A DNA stretch of 59,990 nucleotides, the filler included, from Dugesia japonica (taxonomy: Eukaryota): assembly GCA_001938525.1 (NCBI GenBank). It is 5 parts of 5 records of this genome, joined end to end, with 100 filler letters (N's around TTAATTAATTAA, not from the genome) between each part and the next. Parts side by side here need not be neighbours in the genome. Positions count along the whole stretch, not along the records: positions 10,023 to 25,122 come from MQRL01633677.1; positions 25,223 to 35,038 come from MQRL01647111.1; positions 35,139 to 49,715 come from MQRL01581177.1; 2 more parts are not named here. One strand, 5' to 3'. A model generated the notes under the pieces. The model had not been told where the DNA came from. It did not search any database and was given only the letters and a program-made list of their open reading frames with translations. Position numbers and translations under genes: made by a program. Numbering within the stretch: position 1 is the stretch's first letter; every line of letters begins with the position of its first letter. Shown piece after piece: positions 23,975 through 36,900 of the stretch.

Positions 23975-24048
23975 AAAATGAGTCATTGCACAACATGATT
24001 AAGTTGGCGTGGGGATGGTACAGTCCGTCACTATCTACCTACCTACCT
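23975..24048. mobile_element. Candidate Polinton/Maverick right terminus
   Basis: Ends ...GTCACTATCTACCTACCTACCT, matching the motif at 54874-54893, 54953 and 57567. Contains TGAGTCA. Lies on the same scaffold as the pPolB remnant. Confidence 0.45.
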
Positions 24049-24396
24049 AAGTTATAAAATATTTCTCCCAGAATTTTATAGCAAATATCATTCGAGGAAT
24101 CTCATATATCCCAAAGGTATAGAGATCTTAGTAAATATGCAAACGAAATAAGTCATGCAAATCATATCCGATTATCAAGATACGAAAACATGTTTCATCC
24201 GAGAACTGTAGGATTCCTTCACATTTCTGAGGAAATGACTCATTGCTTTCGAGGTAGAGTTTGAAACTTTATTTCTATTTCCGATTTCAAATTAATTTTT
24301 TCTTTTCAAAGTTATCATCGATTTGATTGATTAGAGCACTTCTTTTGAGTGGTCTATTGATGAAACGATTTTTAACAAATTCTGTTTTTAAAACAT

Positions 24397-24469
24397 GACA
24401 AAATCGAAATATAGAATTATTATCAACAACAAAAAAACAAATTTTGATCGAAGCTTTTATTTTAATGAA
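24397..24469 (+). mobile_element. Fold-back element family, copy 4 (single arm)
   Basis: GACAAAATCGAAATATAGAATTATTATC...GATCGAAGCTTTTATTTTAATGAA, ending at the same base as the inverted arms of copies 1-3. Confidence 0.7.
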
Positions 24470-25122
24470 NAATGGTTTTTATTTAATTTAATATACATTA
24501 GCAAGACGGAAGGTATTCTGTAGCAGGAATTTCATATAAATATACAAATCTAGCAATGAATCAATTTTATTATTTTAATTATTTATATTTGAAAATTTGA
24601 TGAAAAAAATTGTCTTCACATTAACTGACAAAATGAATTGTTCACGAATGGAGCTTTAATAAATATTTTGCAAGCTAAATTATATTAAATTATTTTTATA
24701 GCGATTATTTTAAATTAGAAATTACCCATTTTAAAATTCGTTTTAATATTGGAAATGCCCACATAAAATCCGTGGATCAATAAATAAAATTCTATAGCCA
24801 AATAAAGCACAATACAAATGAAACATATGCAAAATATGAGTTGAAAAAATTTACACAACAACTGTCTTGGTTTCCGAGGTCTTCTAAAGTATATTTATAT
24901 AGGTTTCGTATAAATGAAATATTACGTATAAATTCTTTTCCAATATACTCGACGATCTACATTTTCGATAACAACATCATCGGAATTTGTTAACAGTAAT
25001 TGATTTTCATCTAAAAATATCTACTTTGCAAATAAATTTGGAAGTAAATACCTAGTAATTATCATAAATAGAATTAGTTCATAAAATATAAATAATATAT
25101 TATGGGAAAACATTAAATATAT

Positions 25123-25222
25123 NNNNNNNNNNNNNNNNNNNNNNNNNNNNNNNNNNNNNNNNNNNNTTAATTAATTAANNNNNNNNNNNNNNNNNNNNNN
25201 NNNNNNNNNNNNNNNNNNNNNN
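25123..25222. other. Artificial scaffold-joining spacer
   Basis: 44 N + TTAATTAATTAA + 44 N. Confidence 0.95.
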
Positions 25223-25476
25223 TTATATATAATACAGATAGTTTAACTTGAAGTTGTGAATATAAATTTGGAAACACTAACCAGATTACCCTAGTATCCA
25301 CTTTTTTCCATGAAATTAAATTATGTTGTGGGGAAATCAGTTATATAATTTTAAGGTTTTGAAAGTCGCGTTAACAAAAAAATACGACAAGGGAATTTGG
25401 ATTGAAAAGAAAACATGCATTCATATGGACACAATATATGAAGATAATATGTAGTATTTTTAACTCGTAAAGTCAA

Positions 25477-25845
25477 ATGATGGATGTTTCGCAATCTTAT
25501 AAAATCATAAATATGTTTAGTAATAAGTCTAAAATTCAATTTTGTTCTGATCTTGTTTATACATATGAATGTAACGGGTGTAATGCCACATACATTGGAG
25601 AGACTTCCCGTCATCTCTGTACAAGAATTCAAGAACATCGACGAGTTGGTAGTGGAAGTAATATTGCTGAACATAACATTAATTGCAAATCAGTTATCAG
25701 TATAAATAATTTTAAAATTTTGTGCAAAAACTTTAAATATTATTGCGAAAGAGTCATGTGTGAAGCATTGATAATTAGATCAATTGATCAAAAAATTAGT
25801 GTTCAAACTGGTCTTTCTAAATCTTTATTAAATGTTTTTAATTAA
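25477..25845 (+). mobile_element. Penelope-like element GIY-YIG endonuclease (3' end of ORF)
   Basis: LVYTYECNGCNATYIGETSRHLCTRIQEH...IAEH...FKIL...EALII matches the PLE GIY-YIG domain. Confidence 0.85.
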
Positions 25846-25970
25846 TTTGATTTATTGAAAAGATGGCATAAATGTTTACATAATCAGAATCTTTTATGTA
25901 TAATCATTTTTTAAAAAAATGAAATAAATATTATTTAAATAAATAATTTTCAAAAAAGAATTAAATTATT

Positions 25971-26011
25971 GTATCCGAAGATGATAATTATGCTGTCGAA
26001 ATATGTTATAC
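25971..26011 (+). ncRNA. Decayed hammerhead ribozyme motif in Penelope 3' repeat
   Basis: (U)GUAU-CCGAAGA-U-GAUA(loop)UGUC-GAAA-UAUG-UU-AUACA: stems I and II pair, one substitution in the CUGA core. About 125 nt after the GIY-YIG stop. Confidence 0.55.
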
Positions 26012-29000
26012 AGAAATATATAGTTAAATAGCGTTTGAAAGTTTGAAAGAATTGCCAATTTTCTTTGATTATTTATTTATTATTATAGATTATTACATTT
26101 ACAAGTAAATAATTTCGACTGAGCTATTAATATAAGCTCATCGCGATTCGTAGGAAATAAGAAAGAGTGGGTATAATCCTTTCACTTTTTATTTTAATTT
26201 ATTTCTTGGGAGTTTTCAAGATTATAGGAATGTGTATCACATTTATTTCAACAAATAAATGTCAGACTTAAAGTATGTTTATTTTATAATTCCATAAATG
26301 TTTTTTCAGAGGAAGTACAAGCTTTGTGACGTCATATTTAATCTGGTTTTTAATGATATACGACATATTATGTTCAAATGTATGGAAAATTGCGTAACAT
26401 AATTTATGAACGCCGTCTATCGTAAAAGCAAAATTAATCTATAACAAGCGTTTACTATATATTTACCATATTTAAATATTATTCAGTGAAATAATTAACG
26501 AAAATTTTCCAACTTTAAAAATAATATTTTTGTAAATTTATTTAACGTAAATAAAACATTGTTAATGCTCCAAAAAATATTATGAATACTACTATGTATT
26601 AATCAATAATATAAAATTAATAATTTTAATTATCTTTATTCTTGTTCAAACGTGCAAATAACAAGACAAAAGAAAACAATTTATTGTTTCAACCAAATAC
26701 GAAATCATCTTGTTTTGTAAACAAATATCAAACNNNNNNNNNNNNNNNNNNNNNNNNNNNNNNNNNNNNNNNNNNNNNNNNNNNNNNNNNNNNNNNNNNN
26801 NNNNNNNNNNNNNNNNNNNNNNNNNNNNNNTTTTTGCTTACAAATTGCACATAAGAAAACTTTTATAAACATTAATATTTAAATAAAATAGTTGCATTAC
26901 TATCTACTGATAAATAGTAGTAGTATAAAATAAACTTTCAATTTCAATTGATACAATTATCAAGGTCCTCTTTGGTGTATAAAAAGTTTTTTTTCAAATA
27001 TAAATGTATTTTATTGAAAACCACCAAAATCTGCTAAGCCTCTGTTATCTAAAAATGTATGAATTGTTAAATTGGAGATAAAATGAAAATATATATAAAA
27101 ACAATATTAATTGTTACACTGTGATTCATTCATAAATCTTAGTTTTGTTTAATATCTTACTAACAATTTTATCACTGGATATTGACATTTAGTATTAGGC
27201 AGATTAGTTATTATCAATAATCTCCTGTTTGTTTTCATGAATCTTGAACTTCATACCACCTATTCATAAGTATGTGAAATGAAATATTTTCCGTTTTGTC
27301 AGTGACTTGAGCTCACATTTTATTTATTTTATGAGCTTAACCAAATTAATTAATTTATATTTATCAAAATTTTTAGACATAATTTATTACAATTAACAAT
27401 TTGTTTTCAGATTATTAAAATACTGAACATATTCGTTTTTAGTGACGAGTGTCACATTGTTTTAATATTATTTTTTAATAATATATTTTCTTTTGATCAA
27501 TGCTCCACAACCTTTTCTCACTCATGGAACCATAAAGCTGTTTACAGAATCCTACGGTACAGAAACTATATAAAAAATGAAAGCCTTTAATATTATTAAA
27601 CAGAAATCACATTTATTTACATAATTTACAAAATTATTATTACTGAAAGAAGTTTTGCTGAAATACACCAGTGTGATGTGGTACTACTATAGATACAAAG
27701 AGTAATTCCCTGTTTTTTTCTATAATTTAAATTTTGTCAACTTCAAACCATGTCTAATTTTATGCTAAGGTTTATGTAAATATTTCAATTTATCTGTAGC
27801 TCATGTTATTTTGGCGACAGAATCTCCAAATTATTTTAAACTCATGTTTTACAATTTTAAATAATTTTTTTTTTCGACATTAAATAATTTCGACTACCAA
27901 TCCTATCACATTCTAACTTCAGCTTTTAATTTTGACAGCAAAATCAATTATATATTTAATTTTTTGTAACTTTGTCTTTCTTCTTTCAAATAATCTTTTT
28001 ACAAAAAAATCGATTTATTTTATTCCGAAATTTAGATAAGCATATTAAAAATACCTTCACTCTCACAATTATAAGACGGAAAACGGAAATCAGCATCCAG
28101 ATATAATTTATCATCACTTTTTCACAATTGTTCATTTTCAATGATAGATTAATTAACTAATTAATTATTTTTTTATAATTAAGTAATTAATTAAATCTGA
28201 CATATTAAATAATTAATTAATTTTAATTAATTAATTCTGCACATTTAATAAAATAAAATGCAAAAATAAAAATATAAAATATAACGTGCTATTATAAAAA
28301 TTATAGGAGAAATTTTTTATTAATAAAATTCAATATTTTCTTTATGTATTTTAAAATTTTGATTGCTTTTTATTTTTTATTTTTTAAACCTATTTTTAAT
28401 GATTTTTTATTTCAACGTTTAACGTACTATGAAACCTCGTTAATATTTATATTCGAAATGTAATCAGGACTAATCAAAAATATTTAAAATAATTAATTTA
28501 CATTGAGTTATAAAACTTAATAAAAATACACTCAAGCCTTGATTTGCATCGAAATCTGTTGCAAGAAATACTGAAAGTTAAAATGATGCATATCGAAACG
28601 TCATATTTTATGTGATTTCATATATTTTTTGGTTTACAAGAGAAATACAAAACTATTTTTACAAAAACTTCAATTAATTTAAAAAGCATTATTATAAAAG
28701 GATATGTTGAAATGCCATATTTTTCTATGATAAAAAATCAAATATTTCAGTTACGAAATTTTTTCCAAAATTGAGCAAGTCATTATGAAAAAAATCTAAC
28801 AAAATACCGTAAAGATCATCATCATTTATATTATCGACTTCAGTCGAAAAAACTTGTACAGGTAATTAGATAATTAATACACCCTTCGAAATTCATGTAT
28901 AAAAAGATACGTGTAGAAAAACTGTAAATAAACAACTATATTTAGTGTAAAAACCATGTAAAATGCTGAGAACTGTACGATATACATACGAATGAAACAT

Positions 29001-29379
29001 GCATAACAATTTTATTGAGCAATAAAATTTAATATACATACATAATTCATAATAAAAAATAAGCACCGCAAGTTAAAAAAGAAATCTGTTAAATCAAAAT
29101 TAAAACTACATAGAAAACTCAAATTTCAAAACAAAATAAATAAAAACAATATTGTATTGAATTTATGTAATATTTCGTTATCTAGGGTAAAATTTTATTA
29201 TTTATTTAAAGCTAAACTGAAACTTTGTAGATAAAAATACATTTTTTCACTTCCTAAAGTAGAAAATATTCAAATATATAACACTATGCAGGACTGATAA
29301 CACGAACTATTAATTAAATATTATGACCTAATAAACTGAAACAATTAAATTATGTAAAATGTTATATAAATGTCATAAG

Positions 29380-29680
29380 TAGGTTTGCCAACTCTCCCGT
29401 TTTTGCCGGGAGTCTCCCGGAACTGGATTTCATTTCCTGTCTCGGCGTTATCTCTGACTCGGGTGATATAATCCTCTCGTCTTTCCGTTTTTGCAAGATT
29501 TTTTTGTTTATATCCTTTTGGTATTAATCATCATATCGTTAAAATCACTCACATCATCATCAAAGTAAGTTGTCAAACATAAAAATGAAAACCACTTTTA
29601 TATTTGTCAAGCGTTATAAATTATAATGTTTGCAATTTTTTAATCTCCCGGGTTCGAGGTTGTAGGTGTTGGCAACCATA
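29380..29680. mobile_element. hAT (Tip100-type) MITE
   Basis: TIRs TAGGTTTGCCAAC / GTTGGCAACCATA; TSD GTCATAAG / GTAATAAT; subterminal CTCCCG repeats. Confidence 0.8.
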
Positions 29681-31004
29681 GTAATAATAAATGTATAGAT
29701 ATGAGTCCTCGAATAATTGAATTTCCCAGTAACAACTGTTAAAAAGATAGATTAAAATTGTAGAATTTAGTTTTAAAATTTTTCAAAAATCTATTTTAAG
29801 AGTTTTAATGAAGATTAATTTGTTGTGAAAAAAGTATTAACCAATAAAAATTGATAAAAATAATTTTTAATAAAAGATTTGTTCTAGGTATACTATTTTA
29901 TTATGTGAAATATGTCTGAAATTAATAGTTTTGTTATTGAAAATAAATTGTCGTTGGACGATTTTTACTAATAACTACATTATAATAGTGATTAATAAAA
30001 TATAAAAGTTATAATAAAAATATTTATAAAATAAATGCATTTCAACATAAAATATAAAATTCAAAAAAATATTTTTTTGTAAATTAACTTTTGCATAAAC
30101 CTTCTTAATTTCTAAAAATTACCATAAAAAATTCACAAATTATAGATGCTTTTTTATGAATTTCTGCAGGCAATTTTATCACTTTTTATTTAAAGGAACC
30201 GATAAAACATATTAAATTACTTATATTTATATTTGCCGAATATTGAAATGCAGACAATAAGCAAAACATTTGAAGTTCAAAAATTTTCATTGCAAAATTA
30301 TTAATTAAAAGCTAAATTGTGATATAACGCTTGAACTAAATATGTAAAATTATTTTTGTGTATAAAACTAAGATTTATATATTAAAATTAAAAAATGAAA
30401 AGTAGAAAAGAAATGAGAAACAAAAAATAAATTTATGCATGTGTATTACATGGGAACTAATTTCACTAAAATTTCTTTTAAAAATAGGATTAAAATCTAT
30501 TTACTACCTCCAAACCATAAAAAACTGGATTTTTTATTTTACAGTAAATAAGAAAGTAAAGTTATATTTTCAATATATATTTATGAATGTTTATTTGTTT
30601 GTTTGTCTCGTATGCGATACAACTTTGGTGAGTTGTTGTGAGCACGTCCACGAAAATGTCTAAATTAATACAACCATAAAATCTTTTATCTAAAACCTTT
30701 AAAGTCATTTTTATGATCTTTTTAATTACTGAAAATTTTTCAGTAAAGTCAAAAAATCTATTAAAAAGATTTAAAATTTTAAGTGATATAATAGAAATAG
30801 GTTTTTGAGTAAAATTTATTAAATTATTTTCTAAATAATTTTTGAATTACAAATAGAGGTCAATTGAATATGGGCACTATTGTGTTCATAATTAAACTAA
30901 GTAACACTTTTTGAAATATATATTATTATCAAAAATATGATATTTAAACAAATATCATTTAATTTCAATTTTAATTTTAATGTAGAATTATTAATAATAA
31001 TTCT

Positions 31005-32660
31005 ACAGGCACTAAACGAGAAATTTTCGCTGCATTACAAACTTTATTCGATCAATACAACGAATTAATTTGATTGTTCAGAAATGCCCTTGAACAAATG
31101 CCAACTGATGACTACAAAGTTGTAGTTAAACAAACAAAACACCTGTCCGCGAACACGGAAGACATTACAATATACCAACATTTGATTAAATGCAATTTTT
31201 ATAGTTGACAAAGAATTTAACTCATGTGATATAATTCTTCATCACAGAAATTATGATGTTCAGCGAGTCTCAGAAACTCATCGTTAATACAACGGATTGC
31301 AATATCCGATTTTATTTTAGCAAGGAGAAGATGCATATCGTTTCAACATTGTAATGAGAAATCCATAAACAAATGAGAAAATGAATAAGAAAGTTAATGA
31401 TATGAATTACTATTCATATCGATTGATAATTCGAGAAAAAACTGAAAATCATATCTTGGAATATTAATGATTGTTCCATTCATTGTCGATTTGTATGCGA
31501 AAATTGAAATCTTTAATAGATTTCATTGTCAAGCATCATATTTTCGGAGAGACATGCTGTTGGATGTATTCTATTGAATGACAAAAAAGAGGTTTGCCAC
31601 ATGCACACGTTTTGATCAAATTTATCAAGTCATCTTAGCAAAAATACCAGATGTCGACATTGATCGAGACTCATTTCAAGTCGTCACCAAAATCATGATT
31701 CATTTTCCATGTGGCTTACTCAACAACAATTTACCATGCGTGTCTGATGGGAAATTCACGAAACGAAGCCCTAGAGACTTGTTTTCAGATAATATCACTG
31801 ACAATTATGAATATCCACTCTATATTCGAAGATAAACTGAAAATAGTGCAAATCTATCACTTTAAAAGTACAAAACAATGATGAAGTCAAAAATCATTGG
31901 GTTGTCAATATTCCCCATTACTCTCTAAAACTTACAAAATACACATCAATGGCGTGTATTACAATTCAGTGAAATCGATCAAGTAAATTGGCAAATATGT
32001 CAACGAAGAAAGCAATATGGTTGTTTTTAGAGTAAGAAATGCAACTGCATCCATCAATGAAATATAACAATGACAACTGGGACGCTGCATTTGTAGCAAT
32101 AAAGCAGTATGGCGCATTTTATCATTTACAATCCAAGAACGACATCCAACAGTTGTTCATTTGGCAGTACACCTTGAAAATGTACAGCGCGTGTACTTCA
32201 CAACAGAAAATGCACGTGAAAGAGCATTTTCATCACTGCCAACCACGTTAATTATATTTTTATCATTGTGAAGGAATTATGTTTGCAAAGACGCTACTGT
32301 ACTCTGTGATGACAACATACTACACATGGAATGTATCAGCGAACAAGTTTCAATAATGCAAACAAAGTAAAGCAGTTGAAAGACATCCGAATTTATATTC
32401 GACTGACTCATTAGGCCTACATATTATGTCTACACAGTGTTCATCCAAAAAATGCAGAATGCTTTTACTTGCAATTACTGTTAATCAACGTACGTGGACC
32501 AATATTTTTCCAAAAGCTGAGAGCTATAAGCAGTCAAGTATGTGACACTTATCGTGAAGCTTGATAAGAATTGAATCATTTAGAAAACGATGCAAATTGG
32601 GACACTTCACTCGCTGACGCATGGAATACTGCTCAACCAAAGTAAATACACACGTCACTT
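31005..32660 (+). mobile_element. Helitron Rep (HUH endonuclease) region, pseudogenised and internally deleted
   Basis: Motifs QRVSETHR..LQYPILF, YYSYRLIIRE, VDLYAKIE, WMYSIE*QKRGLPHAH, MIHFPCG..CVSDGK, YPLYIRR, SVKSIK, HLAVHLEN, YTVHPKNAECFYL. Confidence 0.9.
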
Positions 32661-32935
32661 AGAATCATATAAACAGAACTAAAACATAAACACTTTCGTT
32701 CTTTGAGTAGGTATTAGCAAGTTATATATATATATATATATATATAGATATATAATGAAATTTAAATATTTTCAAAACTAACATTAAAATAGTTTCTTTT
32801 ACTATAGTGTTGAGCCAACAGCGTACGGAACTACACAAAACGGATCGATAAAAGCAATAAGTATGGTGTTTTGGTTGCTCACTATTTAAGCCAAGAACCG
32901 AAGTCAATTCGAGTTCAGATATAAAATTCACTAGT

Positions 32936-33232
32936 CAAAGAAATTGTGACAGGAAAGAAAAAATGGATAATTTATGGTAATCCACATAAAGAAAACCCGT
33001 GGTTATTTCTAAACCCAACTCTAGGGCCAGTGCCCAAAGAAAGACTTTACCTTAAAAAAGTATTGAGTGTTTTCTGGGATTATTAAGAAATAATTTTTTT
33101 TGACTTGCTAGAAATGACTCAGACAATAAATTCAGATGTCTATTATAAAGTTCTTGACCGTTTAAGAAAGGCACTAATTGTCATAATTATATGGTTTGAT
33201 CAATAAAAACGAAATAGTTTTCTATCACGACG
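32936..33232 (+). mobile_element. Mariner transposase catalytic-domain fragment
   Basis: IVTGKKKWIIYGN..KKVLSVFWDY..LLEMTQTINSDVYYKVLDRL..IVFYHD corresponds to the mariner TGDEKW...WD...HDN motifs. Confidence 0.8.
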
Positions 33233-33652
33233 GGATATCATATCATATTGAGGACCAAAAGCAAGGTGGTCAGATCTTGAAAATAAGCTAGAGGATTGAG
33301 TTTAATTAAGTTTTACTCTTTGGAGTTAGTAATAGAAATTTCGATTCATTAAGTGAGCTTGTTATTATAATACGGATAAAATATTAATCTAAAAATATTA
33401 AATTTTTATGTGGGTCATAATACAGCGTGGTTAATAGCCCGAAAATACTGTCATTTAAATAAATAAATAAAGTAAACTTTTTTTTGATCTATAGTTTTTA
33501 TTACTATTGAAATGATTATATGAAATCAATCATTAAATCTAATAATAATTTTAAAAATAAGGAAAATAGTTAAAACTATTTAATTAATTTATAAATAATT
33601 ATAAAAATAATCAATTAAATAAAATTTACAATAATTATAAAATGGTAAAATT

Positions 33653-34027
33653 TTAATTACATTGAAAGGCATTTGCAGCTTGTAATAATGTAGTAGCAGC
33701 CAATTGTTGCTGAGTTGGCACAGGTGAAATCATTGGGAATCCGTTGACATTTATTAAAGTATTAGGACAAATCACACTTGGCCCCATAGACATAAGATTT
33801 CCATTATTAGAAGCTAACAATGCTTGTAAATTTAAAGAATTCAAAGAATTTGATTGCAACCCAGTTTGGTTATTCAATGATAGATATGATGCCAGTTGAT
33901 TTTGATAAGACATTAGGGGATTGATCATAAATCCTAACTGATTTGTGTGGTGGTCTCTATTGATTACTGATAGTTGTGAGTCAAACAAATTCAGCTTTTT
34001 GAATGGAATAGGTTTGTCTGATGACTG
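33653..34027 (-). CDS. Terminal coding exon of an unidentified gene (Q/N/L-rich low-complexity C-terminus)
   Basis: Acceptor ATTAG|CAG. Open frame QSSDKPIPFKKLNLFDSQ...QQQLAATTLLQAANAFQCN*, GC above flanks. Composition resembles tails of RNA-binding proteins or transcription factors. Confidence 0.6.
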   Translation of the reverse strand, partial: QSSDKPIPFKKLNLFDSQLSVINRDHHTNQLGFMINPLMSYQNQLASYLSLNNQTGLQSNSLNSLNLQALLASNNGNLMSMGPSVICPNTLINVNGFPMISPVPTQQQLAATTLLQAANAFQCN

Positions 34028-35038
34028 CTAATTATACACGAAATCAAAAAACTAGTTAGGAATTATTTTGTAAATACATTAAAATAAAATCATTTGAAAA
34101 TATTTATAATTGACATAAATTCTAATTTCTACAAAAGCAAATAAAACATAACTGGCGTTGAATTCTACTACAAAGTCAAAAATTCTGAAGCATCATAAAT
34201 ATAAATATAAAGAAAATAGAAAATATTTTATTTAATTCAAAAAAGTAGCAAAAATTAAAAAAAAATCATTAATATTTAAAGCATGAAAAATTAACAGCCA
34301 CGAACATCCAAAAGAATAAATGAAGCATAAAGCTAAATGATGAGCTTTACCGATAGTTGTTATTGTTTTTCATTCTATTAATTTGACCTACACCATAAAC
34401 ATAATAATCCATGGAATAATAATAATAAATGCCAACAATTTACCTAAGATTTAACTTAACAGGTTCTTAGAAATGATTGTTTTAGTTGTAATAGAATAAA
34501 TAAGAAAATATTTCAATTTTACGAAAACAAAATTTTTGGTTTGAATTTAAAAATAACTGATTTTCTAGATTGATAATTTTTAATTTGTTTCTAAATAATT
34601 TCGCTGTTTTCATCTAGCACAAGAAAACAATACAATCATTAAATGTTACTGTAAATTTTATCAAATAAAAATATTCCACTTTATTTTCAAAAGAATGAAA
34701 TAAAAATTTTGTTTTATCAAAAATAAATTTTAATTAAATCAATAATTTTGAGAAACTTCATATAAAATTTGATTTTATTTCATTCAAACAAAAAAAAAAT
34801 GATATACAAATTGAAATTCAATCAAAATATTTAAATTATTTTTCTTGTGCTTTTCTGGAAGATATAATTGAAAATTTTTGATTTTAATTAATATTAATAA
34901 TTTAAAATAATAATAATGACTTTTCAATAATTTTAATAAACAATTGAAACTCGATATTAACGAAAAATAATGTTCTGCAATTTTTTTTAAAATAAATTAA
35001 AACGAAATAAAGTTTTCAGATAAGAGAGTAATTAAAAT

Positions 35039-35138
35039 NNNNNNNNNNNNNNNNNNNNNNNNNNNNNNNNNNNNNNNNNNNNTTAATTAATTAANNNNNN
35101 NNNNNNNNNNNNNNNNNNNNNNNNNNNNNNNNNNNNNN
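35039..35138. other. Artificial scaffold-joining spacer
   Basis: 44 N + TTAATTAATTAA + 44 N. Confidence 0.95.
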
Positions 35139-35743
35139 TTTGTTTAAATAATTTTGATTTTTTAAATTTTAATAAACTTTGATAATGTCGACTTTTGAAA
35201 TACAAAATCTTATTGGCAACAATGTAGAAATTAGTGGCATTATTTATATAATCATTATTAATCTCATTATACTTTTTGACTCATTGTAACTTATTTTAAT
35301 TTTAAAAGCCACGAATTAAGTTATATTAACATAATCTTAAGTTCTTAATTGCAATTAACCTAATTAAGTAATTCATATATCTCAAAATCTTAATAGATCT
35401 TTTTATTTTATTATTACAATAGTGGAATTATAATAATGTAAATAAAATAACAGCTTTATTAAATTTCATAGAATAATTTTTAATTACAGAATAATAATTA
35501 AATTCCTTGATTTAATTAACAATCTGTAATTCTAATCTCTTAAATGTAATTATCAAAATTCATATAATTTGATAATAATAATTATCATAACAAGAATAAT
35601 AATTCTGAATAAAGATAATTTTTTAATAGATTTTTAATTTATTAAAAATTAGTGCAAATAAAATTAATGTTTAGCTTTTTAAAATTTTAAGTAACATTCA
35701 ACTTATATTTTTAGATTTTTAAGTTAACCAATCAAAATTTTAT

Positions 35744-35979
35744 CAAATAGCGTTTAGCTAAATGAAAAAGAGCAATAACAAGTCTGTGATGCCCTTAGAT
35801 GTCCGGGGCCGCACGCGCGCTACAATGGCAGTAACAGCGAGTTTAATTCCTAGCTANNNNNNNNNNNNNNNNNNNNNNNNNNNNNNNNNNNNNNNNNNNN
35901 NNNNNTTGAAATTATTCCACTTGAACGAGGAATTCCTAGTAAGTGCAAGTCACTAGCTTGCGCTGATTACGTCCCTGCC
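35744..35979 (+). pseudogene. Orphan 18S rRNA fragment (3' region)
   Basis: GCAATAACAAGTCTGTGATGCCCTTAGATGTCCGGGGCCGCACGCGCGCTACA...GAACGAGGAATTCCTAGTAAG...GATTACGTCCCTGCC. Only ~235 bp, in non-rDNA context. Confidence 0.9.
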
Positions 35980-36239
35980 ATTATCAAATGTCAATGAAAA
36001 GAAATTCCAGCGGATTCAAAGCTAGAGGTGGCAGATCTTTTCCGAAAGGAAATAAGAGGAGTACCAAACGTAGCGGGTTTTAGCATAATGAGGATGATCT
36101 AACAGGTTCGGACGAATCTTATGCTCCCCCTACTCCTGTTTTCACCGGACCTCGCCATGGGTCTGGTTTGATGGACCCAGAATACTCTCTGCGCACCTCG
36201 GACTCAGCTGGACTCTGTGAGCTGTATAAGTGAGCAATT

Positions 36240-36345
36240 TTGTCATTTTATGCCACAGTAAAGTGCGCTTTCTTATCAGTATTTGCCACAGTATAGGGCG
36301 CACAACTATTGTCATATGCCACAGTACAGTGAGAACTATTATTGG
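36240..36345. repeat. Degenerate ~31-33-bp tandem repeat (three units)
   Basis: TGCCACAGTA recurs at about 36251, 36284 and 36317 with similar flanks. Confidence 0.6.
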
Positions 36346-36559
36346 ACCTAGACAATTTTCTTGTCTGAGACNNNNNNNNNNNNNNNNNNNNNNNNNNNNN
36401 NNNNNNNNNNNNNNNNNNNNNNNNNNNNNNNNNNNNNNNNNNAAAAAGTTTAACCTGTTGCAAACGGGTTAAACAAAGATTTGAGGTCCCCCGTAAAATC
36501 TCTATTTTAAATAAAGATATCTTTTGCATTTGATATGCTATTACAAAGCGATGCGAAGG

Positions 36560-36900
36560 AACAATGGCACGAAACAAACACGAATGAGAATTTCAATAGA
36601 AATGAAACGTGTGAAACTTCATCAATTATCACTCCCCTTCTAACTTTCCTAACAATTTCAAATGTACTATCATTTTCACAACGTAATCTTTCAGCACTCA
36701 ATTCTAAATGTATTTCTCCTAATCTATTAAAACAACTCAAATTTATAATGTTAATTTGATCATCTGTATCTAAAAGACATTTAATTTTATTTCCGTGAAT
36801 TGATACCATAACACTTGTTTTGCCTAGCAATTTTTGGTACGAAATACTTGTTTTTAATTCTGCTTTAATTATTCCAACCAATTCTACTTTCCCATCCTCC
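36560..36900 (-). mobile_element. LTR retrotransposon (Gypsy-like) aspartic protease remnant
   Basis: VSIHGNKIKCLLDTDDQINII..LRCENDSTFEIV is a decayed retropepsin LLDTGA motif and flap region. Confidence 0.7.

Noticed and set aside
34351-34387. Possible 37-nt exon upstream of the Q/N-rich terminal exon
   Set aside because: Its best frame ends in phase 2 whereas the downstream acceptor is phase 0; no consistent model.
35980-36036. Resemblance to 28S rRNA (AATGTCAA..AAGAAATTC; AAGCTAGAGGTG.CAGA) directly after the 18S fragment
   Set aside because: The matches are short and non-contiguous in 28S and could be chance; BLASTn would be needed.
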